A stretch of 64,000 nucleotides of DNA from Candidatus Poribacteria bacterium. Its GTDB lineage: Bacteria > Poribacteria > WGA-4E > WGA-3G. Where the stretch lies: contig CAXXUA010000005.1 of NCBI GenBank assembly GCA_963663765.2, positions 160,001 through 224,000 on the forward strand, in the 5' to 3' direction. Position numbers and translations under genes: made by a program. Shown here in pieces: positions 8,993-19,033 of the stretch (positions within the stretch are counted from its first letter, which is position 1; each line of letters opens with the position of its first letter). The notes beneath the pieces were generated by a model. It was not told the origin of the DNA. It made no database searches and saw only the letters and a program-made list of their open reading frames with translations.

Positions 8993-11900
8993 ATGAAAAA
9001 AGTTTTGTCAGACTACATAAAATCAAAAGAAGATTTCGACAGATTCTGCAATCTATTTCTGAAAAAGGAAGTTTCCCCCTTCGTAAAAGTTTACGACGCG
9101 CCGGGACGCGATGGTGGAATTGACGCGGACCACACGGGTGTCTATAATAGAAAGGATGGCGTTTGGATATTCCAGTACAAATTCTATGATCCAACAATGG
9201 ATAGGGGGCGTGCCCGCAGCCAACTTATTTCTAAAATGAAAGGTGGCAAACGTGAAAAAGGTGAACTTGATAAGGCGGATGCGTTGCAGTGTGACCACTA
9301 TGTCCTCATGACCAACACTTTGCTTACTGCAGGAAACAAGCGTAAAATTGAGGACATTAAAAATGAGAGAGGATACACCTTTTCGTTAACCTGTTGGGAT
9401 GCTGAAGACCTCATCACGATGACCGATGAGTTTCCATACCTCTTAAATTCATTCAGAGATCCCCATCTACCAGTGTTTCTTTCTTGGCAGGATATGTTCA
9501 AAAATCAAATTGCAGGTAAACATCAACTGTTAAGATACGACTATGATACCTTCGGACGTGAGGATGAGATTAATCAATTTCAAACCTTTGTTCAAGATCC
9601 AGAGAAAAGACTATTCATGGTATACGGTAGCGGCGGCATTGGAAAAACCAAGCTCGCTATTGAGTTAGCAAAGGTAATTGAACGCAAACACACGGATTAT
9701 GAACCACTCTTTGTTCAGATGGCAGGTGACAGTTTTGAAAAGGCACTTGCAGATATTCCTCCCAATCGTAACTACATCTTTTTTGTAGATGACGCACATG
9801 ACTTTCTTGATAACCTCGGCGGTATCAGGATAGTATTGAATAGTCCCAAATACAGTAAATCCAAAGCGATCCTCATAACGCGAAAACCATTCAAAGCATT
9901 TTTAGAGAATAGTTTTCTAACCGCCTTACCGGATAACGCGGCTGATGAACTTGAAATTCAAAAACTTCCTCTGGAGAAAACGAAGGAATTTATCCGAACG
10001 TATACAGATATAACCGAAGGAACTCGTTTAGCAGGATTAGCACAGATTGGACGAGATACACCGCTACTTGCTGTTATGGTGATATATCTTTTCAAGAAAG
10101 GAGTCCATCTGAGTAATTTAATAACGCATGAGAAACGGATTGAACGCACCTTTGATGCCTATCTAAAGGACATCTTTAGCCAGCATCTACCAGAACCCAA
10201 CGAGCAGCACCGAAAATTGTTGAATTGGCTCAGTGGAATTGGGTCGATCGAAGCGGAAGATAGGCAAATATGCGAAAAATTGGCTGAAATCTTAAAAGTA
10301 GAACCCTATGAAATAGAGCAGTACCGCGATAATCTGATAAAATACGGTTTGCTTGTCCAATTTGGGCGAAAACAACGTGTTTTCCCTGATGCCCTCAGTG
10401 ACTATATTTTATGGAAGGCATGTTTCTTGTCAAGTGGTCACCACTCCTCCTTTCACAAAGATTTATTGAAGGAATTTTTACCACTTCTTCCTATTAAGGT
10501 AGTCATTAATCTCGCTCGTGTAGAAAACATTACTGGTGAAAAAAGTCTTCTTGATGAACACGTTGTGTTTCTTAAAGCTCAAGCAATGGATGGCAATAAT
10601 GCTGTTCGAGAGGAAATCTTGGAACAGATGGTAGGTATTAGTTATTTTCGACCAGATGACGCAACCGATATTTTCAATATTATCTTGGATAACCCTAAAG
10701 AAGACTACGTAAAAGATTATATAGGATGGACATCTACACGTACCCATCAAGACGTAGTAAAGAAGGTTGCTAAAGAAGCACAGAAGACAGTCAACACACT
10801 TTCTGGATTTATGAAGACGCTGAAAATTGTTCGGAAACTTCTGCTGATGGAAGGTTTGGAACTTCCTTACCAAGACTCACCACAAGAATTGCTAAAAAGG
10901 ATGGCAAGTTTTCACACAAGCAAACCCAGTGTATTTCAAATGAAAGCACTTGATGTGTTTGAAAAATGGAAAAAGAAAGATAAACCGGATTTAAGTTTGG
11001 CATTACTCAACGCTCTTGACACGCTTCTCGTGCTGGATTTCAGTGAAACCGTCAGTGATGGGAGTTCTTTGAAATTTGGTTGGCACCATTTAAAATATAC
11101 ACCTGAATTAATCCACCTCAGAGCGAAGGCAATTGACTTAATTGAGTATTCCCTGAGAAAGTCACAACATAGTATCGTCCGAACAGAGGCGGTAGGTTCA
11201 ATTAATCGAGCGATTAATCCTTTGGAGAGTCCATTTCGGCAGGGAATTGCAGAAGAGGAGCAGGTTCTATTACAAAAAGAACAGGATCGACTATTCAACA
11301 TATTGGCTGACCAAATCTCAACAGAAACCGATTTCACTGTTCTAAATGCAATAGATCAGTGTCTCCAAGGGTATGCAGAAAATAAGTATTTAGAAGGTTT
11401 TCCAAAAGAGAAGGCAGCAGAATTACTTGCAGAATTCCAAAAACATGAAAATTACGAAAGATACCTATTCTACCGTCAATTCACTGGAAAATTTCGTGAT
11501 CGGGACCTGAGTGAAAGTTCTGAACAAACACAGGTGTTCTTAAAAAAATATCTCAAGAAATACACACCCACGGAACTCTCAAAATTAATGCAGGAATGTA
11601 TAGTAGGTGCTGAAAAAGGGAAAGAATATCGTAGCACTAGAGACAAACTTTGGGCAGAAAAAGGGTGGAATCCGGGAACAGCGACATCACTACTTCGGTC
11701 AATCGGTGAACTTGACTCTTCTTACGGATCCGATTTATTGGATCAAATTGTTGCGTGGCAAACAGAGGAATCGCATTGTGCATCTGGATTGCTCAGTGGC
11801 ATTCGTTGTTCTGACAAAAGTAAAGCACGCGAAGTAACTCAATGCCTTTTGAATCAGGACACTATCTTTGCTAAACGCATCGTTGCAAGAAGTTATTTGT

Positions 11901-12919
11901 GGAAAAGCAAAACGGACCAGTTCTTTGAAAAAGCGGATCTTTCAATTTTAGAGCAATTGTCTAAAACTACGGACCCGCAATTACGTCTGTATATAGCCGA
12001 AAGTCTTCCGAATTTCTATATTGTGGATTTGAACACTTTCCTTGAAATATTGGTAAAACTATCAACTGATGATTCAACTAAGGTTTCGAGGCAAGTTATC
12101 CATACCCTAACCAGCAAAGAACTTAGATTCTCACCACAAAACCACTTGGAAAAATACAAGCAGGTGATGCTCAATTGTGTTCGTTTGGAACGTCTTGATT
12201 ATGAATCTGAGCAAGCACTTAGTGTTATCTTCAAACATGATCCGATCTGGGTAATTAAGTTTTTTGAGAAACGAATTGCTTATCAAGAAAGTGAGTCAAA
12301 CCGTTACAATTCATTTTCGGATCGTCCACCAGAGTTGTTTAAGTTTGATGTGGTCCCACATCGTCCGCATTATCTGTTTGAGGGTGTGGATTGGAATGAT
12401 GGAAACGCATTGGCAGCTTTGAGGCGCGTGAGAGATTGGGTTCTTACGTCCTCAAACCTCCTGAGATTTGAAGCACCCATCTTGCTTACATCTATGGTCG
12501 GTGGAAACGATCCGCGTAGTGATGAAATTAAAATTAATGCGGCAATGCAGAAACTCTTTGAAGAATGGATAGACTCAGAAGATTTAGAACTGATGAGAGA
12601 GGCTGCTTATCTAATGAGGGGATTCGACGCAGATGCCGTCTTTTATTCCCTTGCGGAATCGCTTGTGATAAAAAGCAATGGTGACAAACAGGTAGAAACT
12701 GGAATCACCGCTGCATTATATTCGGGAGTGTACTCAAAAAACATTGGGGAACCAGCACCACAACTTGAAAAACGTATCAAAGATCTTAAAGGACTGCAAG
12801 ATAGAACTCAGTCACGTCTTGTTAAACGATTTACTGAAGATCTGATAAATATGACAGAAAAGGATATTGAAAAACATTCACTTGAAGATGATGAATTTCT
12901 TGAAGGGGAAGGATGGTAA
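8993..12919 (+). CDS. Mrr-like restriction endonuclease + STAND NTPase + long helical sensor region (Avs/Avs4-like anti-phage NLR)
   Basis: N-term GRDGGID..QYK..YVLMTN..WD (PD-(D/E)xK Mrr-like); FGREDE; Walker A GSGGIGKT; Walker B FFVDDAH; sensor ILITR; GxP-like GRDTPLL; helical C-term. Start ATG 8993 preferred over the track start 8924. Confidence 0.8.
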   Translation: MKKVLSDYIKSKEDFDRFCNLFLKKEVSPFVKVYDAPGRDGGIDADHTGVYNRKDGVWIFQYKFYDPTMDRGRARSQLISKMKGGKREKGELDKADALQCDHYVLMTNTLLTAGNKRKIEDIKNERGYTFSLTCWDAEDLITMTDEFPYLLNSFRDPHLPVFLSWQDMFKNQIAGKHQLLRYDYDTFGREDEINQFQTFVQDPEKRLFMVYGSGGIGKTKLAIELAKVIERKHTDYEPLFVQMAGDSFEKALADIPPNRNYIFFVDDAHDFLDNLGGIRIVLNSPKYSKSKAILITRKPFKAFLENSFLTALPDNAADELEIQKLPLEKTKEFIRTYTDITEGTRLAGLAQIGRDTPLLAVMVIYLFKKGVHLSNLITHEKRIERTFDAYLKDIFSQHLPEPNEQHRKLLNWLSGIGSIEAEDRQICEKLAEILKVEPYEIEQYRDNLIKYGLLVQFGRKQRVFPDALSDYILWKACFLSSGHHSSFHKDLLKEFLPLLPIKVVINLARVENITGEKSLLDEHVVFLKAQAMDGNNAVREEILEQMVGISYFRPDDATDIFNIILDNPKEDYVKDYIGWTSTRTHQDVVKKVAKEAQKTVNTLSGFMKTLKIVRKLLLMEGLELPYQDSPQELLKRMASFHTSKPSVFQMKALDVFEKWKKKDKPDLSLALLNALDTLLVLDFSETVSDGSSLKFGWHHLKYTPELIHLRAKAIDLIEYSLRKSQHSIVRTEAVGSINRAINPLESPFRQGIAEEEQVLLQKEQDRLFNILADQISTETDFTVLNAIDQCLQGYAENKYLEGFPKEKAAELLAEFQKHENYERYLFYRQFTGKFRDRDLSESSEQTQVFLKKYLKKYTPTELSKLMQECIVGAEKGKEYRSTRDKLWAEKGWNPGTATSLLRSIGELDSSYGSDLLDQIVAWQTEESHCASGLLSGIRCSDKSKAREVTQCLLNQDTIFAKRIVARSYLWKSKTDQFFEKADLSILEQLSKTTDPQLRLYIAESLPNFYIVDLNTFLEILVKLSTDDSTKVSRQVIHTLTSKELRFSPQNHLEKYKQVMLNCVRLERLDYESEQALSVIFKHDPIWVIKFFEKRIAYQESESNRYNSFSDRPPELFKFDVVPHRPHYLFEGVDWNDGNALAALRRVRDWVLTSSNLLRFEAPILLTSMVGGNDPRSDEIKINAAMQKLFEEWIDSEDLELMREAAYLMRGFDADAVFYSLAESLVIKSNGDKQVETGITAALYSGVYSKNIGEPAPQLEKRIKDLKGLQDRTQSRLVKRFTEDLINMTEKDIEKHSLEDDEFLEGEGW

Positions 12920-13746
12920 AACTGACGAACGAAAACAGCCTTCTTCAGGAAATAAAAGACTTTTCTGATAATGGAAAATTTCGGGACTCTACAGCTTTAA
13001 CTTCTCAAACTAATGGATCAAAGTTAACGGCACAAAGTGCTGAAACTAAAATAAAGAAATTTATTCCGACAACGAGACAACGACTTAGTACTGCGAAATT
13101 TTATCTTGATGCGATGAAAAACATGAATTATGTTCCCTATCTTGGAAGTCAATCCTACTTCTCCGAAGAGCAAGGATCATTAATTGATTTTTCAGATAGC
13201 AACCTTCATGTTCAAATCAATTTGTTGAATCCTGAACCTTTTCCATTGATAGTTTTTTTGGTCTTGCAAGGTTTCTTTTCTAATCTCGTTAGTATAGAGG
13301 ACTGTATTGGAAAAATCATAAACATCGCTTACGACTTAATCCCATCGGATGAGAAGCCTTCTGACATAGTCAAAGCATTGGACAGTAAAATACCGAACGG
13401 GAATTTGATCAACCACTTATACAACTTTCGCGCGATAGGTCAAGATAGAAAGCCCGACAAGAAAGGCTCTCCATTCAATATCACCAGGGAAATCAGAAAC
13501 GAGTTAGTGCATGGCGACATAAAAGAAGTAGTAATTTTCCCAGAACTGACCCTCTTAGGTTTTTCATCGGACACCAATTTGTATTTCAACGACTTGTTCT
13601 TTCCAGAAAACACTCCACCCAAACACAATGATACCGAAATGATCGCTTTCTGTCAAAATGCTTATGACGAAACAGTCAACTTTGTTGATGAATGCTATAA
13701 GTTTATCCATGCTGATCTTCAACATAACGGTGTACTCCCGATTTAA
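12913..13746 (+). CDS. HEPN-domain protein (Cthe_2314-like), putative RNase
   Basis: Helical 'FFSNLVSIEDCIGKIINIAYDL' segment and RxxxxH motif RNELVH; start overlaps the STAND gene stop (ATGGTAA). Confidence 0.65.
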   Translation: MVKLTNENSLLQEIKDFSDNGKFRDSTALTSQTNGSKLTAQSAETKIKKFIPTTRQRLSTAKFYLDAMKNMNYVPYLGSQSYFSEEQGSLIDFSDSNLHVQINLLNPEPFPLIVFLVLQGFFSNLVSIEDCIGKIINIAYDLIPSDEKPSDIVKALDSKIPNGNLINHLYNFRAIGQDRKPDKKGSPFNITREIRNELVHGDIKEVVIFPELTLLGFSSDTNLYFNDLFFPENTPPKHNDTEMIAFCQNAYDETVNFVDECYKFIHADLQHNGVLPI

Positions 13747-13753
13747 TATTTAC

Positions 13754-13891
13754 TATGGTGAATTATTGAAATAATTATACACCCTACTTGTAGGAACGAT
13801 TTCCGAATCGCGATCAAAGCCACTCGTAATCGGGAATCGGAGTTCCCTCCTACAAATCCGTAATGTGTAATTAATTCTAAATTTCACCGTA
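13754..13891. repeat. Inverted-end element wrapping a GTAG-REP-like palindrome
   Basis: TATGGTGAATTATTGAAATAATTATACA ... TGTGTAATTAATTCTAAATTTCACCGTA; internal GTAGGAACGATTTCCGA...TCGGAGTTCCCTCCTAC. Confidence 0.6.
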
Positions 13892-14000
13892 ATTACTACC
13901 GAAAAGACAACAAACTCCACTCGTAGATCACTTTGATAAAGATCAGCATGCAACCAAAACTAATACTTTGAGATAATAAAACTATTACGTTGTTCCCGTG

Positions 14001-15194
14001 CTATGGCGCGACAACTTTGTAGTGCTCAACCTGTCCATTTTCAATTACCTGAATCGCAAGGCTTTTGACTGGATGACGGTTCTCATCATAATGCGATATG
14101 CTTGTAGCACCTTTGTAATCGCTAACTGCCGCATAAGCATCGCGAACAGCAACAGGTTCAAGCATTCCCGCTGTCTCAATTGCGCGTGCTAACAGACGCA
14201 TCGCATCATAGCCAGATGCAGCAATACCATCAGGCGCACTTCCATACAACATCATATAACCATTAACAAACGTCTGCACTTCTGTATCCTGTGTGGCAAC
14301 TGAGAAATTCGTAGGATAATAACTATCATCTAACACACTACTATCGGCTAAGACACTAAGGAATCGTTCTCTGTCGTCCCAAGCACTTCCACCGAGGAAG
14401 GTCGATTCTATACCCACTTGCCGTGCTTCGTGAATCAGTCTTGGCACTTCAGGTTGAGAACCGGGACAGAAAATAACATCAGGTGTAACACCTTGAATAT
14501 CTGTGAGTAGAGTTGTGAAACTTGTTTCACCCGATGCATAAGACCCACTCTGAACAATTTGACCCCCGAGTTCTTCAAAAGCTAACTCAAAAGCTTGAAC
14601 AAGATCTAAAGAATAACTATCCCCTTCCTCAAAATTTGTCGCTGCGGTTTTAGCACCAAGTTCCTCTGGATTCATCGCAAAACTTGCCATCACACGACCT
14701 TGAAACGGATTTGGTACCGTAATCAGAAAGACATAATCTCCAACTTCTGGCACGTTTGAACCACTTGAACCGGGAAGCATGAGCCGCTGTGCCTGTTGTG
14801 CAATCGGTCCCACCTCAATAGCCATTGTTGAACGTACAGGTCCAAGTATCGCAAAAACGTCCTCTGTCTCAATTAACTCCCTTGCAGCAACGATGCTATC
14901 TTCAGCTGTTGGTTCTTCATTAGCCGTAGGTTGATTATTCCTGCTGATAAACTCTACCTGCATACCCAACACTCCACCCATATCATTAATTTGCTTCCTT
15001 GCAGTTTCTGCACCTTGGCTAAATGTCGTGTAACTGTGCATTGGTTGTATGGCACCTATTTTCAACGTCGTTTCCGATGGAGATGGGGTGTCAGGTGGAA
15101 TCATCTGATCAATTCGTTCACAGCCAATTAGGGTAAAACAAGCAAAACCGATAACCGCAAATAGAAAAACAAAAGTCAAATTGAATTTTTTCAT
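14001..15194 (-). CDS. ABC transporter substrate-binding lipoprotein, branched-chain amino acid (LivJ/K-like) family
   Basis: Lipobox LIGC; INDMGGVLG, GYDA and YKGAT motifs of type I periplasmic binding proteins. Confidence 0.88.
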   Translation of the reverse strand: MKKFNLTFVFLFAVIGFACFTLIGCERIDQMIPPDTPSPSETTLKIGAIQPMHSYTTFSQGAETARKQINDMGGVLGMQVEFISRNNQPTANEEPTAEDSIVAARELIETEDVFAILGPVRSTMAIEVGPIAQQAQRLMLPGSSGSNVPEVGDYVFLITVPNPFQGRVMASFAMNPEELGAKTAATNFEEGDSYSLDLVQAFELAFEELGGQIVQSGSYASGETSFTTLLTDIQGVTPDVIFCPGSQPEVPRLIHEARQVGIESTFLGGSAWDDRERFLSVLADSSVLDDSYYPTNFSVATQDTEVQTFVNGYMMLYGSAPDGIAASGYDAMRLLARAIETAGMLEPVAVRDAYAAVSDYKGATSISHYDENRHPVKSLAIQVIENGQVEHYKVVAP

Positions 15195-15444
15195 TACTTG
15201 TAACTTTCCTTCCGTTTAAATCGCTTGAAAAATAATGTTGTTTTTGGTAACGTCTTGATAAAACTTATTAACTTGTGAAACAATAACAGATTCCTTTGAT
15301 TTTGTCAAGTTTTCTAACAATCCAGTCAATTGTTGTTACCAGAAATAGTCTATCATGTTCAATAATCAGGGTCTATAAAAAAACAGGTCATAGACAGAAG
15401 ACTCATCCCACTTGTTCATTTTATTTCGACAAAGGAGTTTAAGC

Positions 15445-16503
15445 ATGGAACTCGGTTTTTTCACAATGCCTTTGCATCCTCCCGGCAGTGACACAACAAA
15501 AACGTTAGACGATGACCTTGAACAGATGGTTACTTTAGACAGATTAGGTTATAAGGAAGCATATATCGGGGAACATTTTACGTTTACCTGGGAAAATATA
15601 CCATCTCCCGATCTTTTTATCGCCAGAGCACTTGGAATGACAGAGAACATAATATTTGGTACGGGTATCACATGTATGCCGATACACAATCCAGCAGTTG
15701 TTGCGCATCGAATAGCACAGTTAGACCATCTTGCACACGGACGTTTTCATTGGGGTGTCGGTTCAAGTTCCACACCAAGCGATGCAGAAATGTTTTTGGC
15801 TGCTGCTGACAGACGGAAAGCAACCCGGGAAGGCATTGATGCCGTTCTCAAAATCTGGACTGACCCTGAACCGGGTCACTACAAAGGGGATTCGTGGGAA
15901 TTCAAAATCCCCGAAGGACATCCAGACATCGTGAGTATCCACATGAAACCTTATCAGAAACCGCATCCTCCGATTGCATTAGCAGGTTCATCAACGATGT
16001 CGGATACACTCATTTTTGCTGGAGAACGCGGCTGGATTCCGATGAGCATCAATCTTGCACCAGTTCATGTAATAAAGACGCATTGGGATGCCGTTGAAGA
16101 AGGTGCAGTAAAAACAGGTCTTTCTCCATCACGATCTACATGGCGAATCGCCCGCGAGGTATACGTCGCCGATACCGATGAACAAGCACGAAAGGAGGCT
16201 ATTGAAGGCACACTCGGACGAGATTTTCGGGAATACTGGTTTCGACTCTTCGGATGGGAAAAATTCAAAATGGGGTCAGATTGCCCTGATGTAGAGGCAT
16301 GTTTGGAAAACTTATTGGATACATTGTGGATTGTTGGAAGTCCTAACACAGTTGTTGACCGTTTACGCCAACTCTACAAGGATGTTGGTGGGTTTGGTGT
16401 TTTGCTTACGATGGGACACGAGTGGGAACCAAAAGAACAGTGGGTACATTCAATGGAACTCCTAAAGAACGAAGTAATGCCGCAATTGCAGGATTTGACG
16501 TAA
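15445..16503 (+). CDS. LLM class flavin-dependent monooxygenase (luciferase-like)
   Basis: GEHFT, HNPAVVAHRIAQLDHL and KPYQKPHPPI motifs; AAGGAG RBS before ATG 15445. Confidence 0.9.
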   Translation: MELGFFTMPLHPPGSDTTKTLDDDLEQMVTLDRLGYKEAYIGEHFTFTWENIPSPDLFIARALGMTENIIFGTGITCMPIHNPAVVAHRIAQLDHLAHGRFHWGVGSSSTPSDAEMFLAAADRRKATREGIDAVLKIWTDPEPGHYKGDSWEFKIPEGHPDIVSIHMKPYQKPHPPIALAGSSTMSDTLIFAGERGWIPMSINLAPVHVIKTHWDAVEEGAVKTGLSPSRSTWRIAREVYVADTDEQARKEAIEGTLGRDFREYWFRLFGWEKFKMGSDCPDVEACLENLLDTLWIVGSPNTVVDRLRQLYKDVGGFGVLLTMGHEWEPKEQWVHSMELLKNEVMPQLQDLT

Positions 16504-16652
16504 TCTGTTGCCATTACTGCTATCGATTGAAGAATAATTACATAAAGTGATCATGAAACTATTGGGAAAACTAAAAGAATTGTAGGAATAGTAGATGACG
16601 CGCTCAGGTAGTGAACTGCTTAAAGCATCCATCTGCTTAATCCTTAGTCCAA

Positions 16653-18842
16653 CTAATCATGTGCCCGCGGCGTGAGAACTAATGTCCTACGATTCTCTTC
16701 AATTAAATATCGGTTGACAACATCGGCAACATCAGTCAAAGAGACATCAGCAAATGCTTTCGCAAGTTGCGACATGGTTTCACCATATTGATATTCTAAC
16801 ATTCCCCATGTTACACCAAGTTGGAGGAGCATGTGAGTCTCTGTTATATTTTCAGGTTTTTGCTGCATTAGTGTTGTTAAGTCCGGCGGTGCGCTGAGTT
16901 CTTTGGAGAGTGTCTGAGCAATCATAGGAACTTGTATGTTTTCATCAGATTGCTTCAACGGCTTCATCAGATGCTGAATCCGCCTTTTAACCATTTCTAT
17001 ATCTGCCCCTGGTTTGAGCGAAGCACTTATATAAAAGTATACTTGTTCAGGTGTGATGAGGTCAACACCACAGAAAACGTGCCCTGTTAATTCTTTCAAT
17101 TGGACATCCTGCATGAATGTTATCCGTAAGAGCACACTCGCTACGTAAAGTGCGGGGTAGTCTTCGTTTTCAGGACGAGGAATCTCGTAAGTTTCCATGT
17201 AATGCGTTACGTTGACATCCCAAGTCGCGTTTTGGTCTTTTGCTATATCTGGAGATGCTGTCGGTTTAGGAAATGTCTTCGCTGTTAAGTTGATAGATCC
17301 AAGATGTTTTTCCATTACATCTTTCAACGTTTCGGAGTCAACGCCGCCAACGACACACAAAAGGACGCGATCTGCTTGCACTAAATGCAGGTCACGATAT
17401 TCCTGTAATTCACCTAACTTTGCTGATTGCACATCACCACGCATTGATATATCGGTTTCACCATGCCGAAAAACCTGGTTCCACGCTGCGTGTGCTAACT
17501 TATGCGTTGTTAAGTTCTTTTCAATATAATCAAACCCGGCTAAGACGTTCGGGAGTGCTTCAGTGAGACTGTCTGCTGAGAACGGAAGTCCAGAAAGCCA
17601 TTTCGCATGAAGATCCAAGCCTTGAGTCCATGTATCCGTACTTCCCCTGAACTCCAAGCGTATATTGTCAGTCATTATCTCACCACTACTTGTCTTGTAG
17701 TCAAGGGGGCCGGTAGTGCGTGCTGATAGGTGCATTATTAGACTACTCCACTGTGTTTTTGCGTTTCCATCATTAACGAGTCCAAGAGGTAAATAACTAA
17801 AAATACCGACATCCTTGGAGTTTTCAACATGGAGATTAACAACTCGGATACCGTTGCTTAAAGTAAATCGTGTTACTATAGGGGGATCGTCAGAAGCTGT
17901 AATTATTGGGAAATCTTCGGAGGCATTAGGTGGAGAGACTTCCTCAGAAACCCGTGATCCAGTGCTGCTACTTTTGCCGAGAGCAGCCCGTCCAGCTTGA
18001 CTTCGCACATCCGGTTTTGTGTCAGATTCAAGTATGGTAAGTGCCTCTATAATTTCAATAGTGGGTTCGGATTGTGCCTCAAAACTATACGGTTTCTGAA
18101 ATCTGGTAAGATATTGATTACTCACACCGAACAGCAATATAATCAAAACCGTGGCTGTACTGAAAGCAACCCATGGGAGAAAAGGTTTTCCAGATGAAGA
18201 CGGAACCGGGTTTGTGTCAGCAACTTGCTGTATGATGTTCTCAAATATGCTATTAGGCAATTGCAAACCGCTAAGCGTATCGTTAATCAAGAGTTCTTCT
18301 GATGCTTTTAGACGTTCTCGTGCTCGCTTGAGTCGACTCGTAATAGTGTTCACTGACACACCCAAGAATTTGCCAATTTCTTTTGCCGTCATTTCACCGA
18401 GATAGTAGAGCGTCACCACAGTGCGTTCACTCTCTGGTAGTTTTTTCAGAAGTCGCTTAACGATTTCTTGACGATATTCAGTCGCTTCTGTCTCACGTTG
18501 TTCTAATACATAACGTTCATAAGTTAACTTATCTAACGTTTTCATAGATGAGTCTCCCAACGCTTGCGACTCTGGTTTTCGATTTCGTATCCAATCAATG
18601 CAAAGCCGATTAGCGATGACATATAGCCATCCAGCAAATTGATTGTGATCCTTGAGTATTGAAAGTTTCTTATATGCCTGAAGGAAGGTGTCTTGTGTAA
18701 TTTCTTCAGCATAATGAAAATCGCCGATCTTTCGCCATGCAAGGGCGTGAACACTCTTTTGGTATTTTTGAACTAAGGTGCCGAACGCCTCATCATCACC
18801 AGACAAGATGTTATGAATCAATTGAACGTCATCTTTTTCCAT
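16653..18842 (-). CDS. ECF sigma factor fused via a TM helix to an M16 peptidase-like domain with a degenerate Zn motif
   Basis: Sigma region 2 (AEEITQDTFL, WLYVIANR) and region 4 (LPESERTVVTLYY..VSVNTITSRL); TM FLPWVAFSTATVLIILLFGV; C-term homologous to 19034..20338. Confidence 0.88.
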   Translation of the reverse strand: MEKDDVQLIHNILSGDDEAFGTLVQKYQKSVHALAWRKIGDFHYAEEITQDTFLQAYKKLSILKDHNQFAGWLYVIANRLCIDWIRNRKPESQALGDSSMKTLDKLTYERYVLEQRETEATEYRQEIVKRLLKKLPESERTVVTLYYLGEMTAKEIGKFLGVSVNTITSRLKRARERLKASEELLINDTLSGLQLPNSIFENIIQQVADTNPVPSSSGKPFLPWVAFSTATVLIILLFGVSNQYLTRFQKPYSFEAQSEPTIEIIEALTILESDTKPDVRSQAGRAALGKSSSTGSRVSEEVSPPNASEDFPIITASDDPPIVTRFTLSNGIRVVNLHVENSKDVGIFSYLPLGLVNDGNAKTQWSSLIMHLSARTTGPLDYKTSSGEIMTDNIRLEFRGSTDTWTQGLDLHAKWLSGLPFSADSLTEALPNVLAGFDYIEKNLTTHKLAHAAWNQVFRHGETDISMRGDVQSAKLGELQEYRDLHLVQADRVLLCVVGGVDSETLKDVMEKHLGSINLTAKTFPKPTASPDIAKDQNATWDVNVTHYMETYEIPRPENEDYPALYVASVLLRITFMQDVQLKELTGHVFCGVDLITPEQVYFYISASLKPGADIEMVKRRIQHLMKPLKQSDENIQVPMIAQTLSKELSAPPDLTTLMQQKPENITETHMLLQLGVTWGMLEYQYGETMSQLAKAFADVSLTDVADVVNRYLIEENRRTLVLTPRAHD

Positions 18843-18885
18843 CAGAATCCTCCGTAATGAGACGCACAGACGACTGGATTTCTGT

Positions 18886-19022
18886 TATAGTAGATTTTAG
18901 AATTATTTTTACACTTTCAGGTGTAGGAGGGAACTCCGATTCCCGACTATCAAGGCGTTCAGTCGCGATTCGGAGATCGCTCCTATAGAACAAGTGTAAA
19001 CTTAATTGTATATTTCACTATA
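18886..19022. repeat. Inverted-end element wrapping a GTAG-REP-like palindrome
   Basis: TATAGTAGATTTTAGAATT ... TATTTCACTATA; internal GTAGGAGGGAACTCCGA...TCGGAGATCGCTCCTA. Confidence 0.6.
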
Positions 19023-19033
19023 ATACCTTTATA

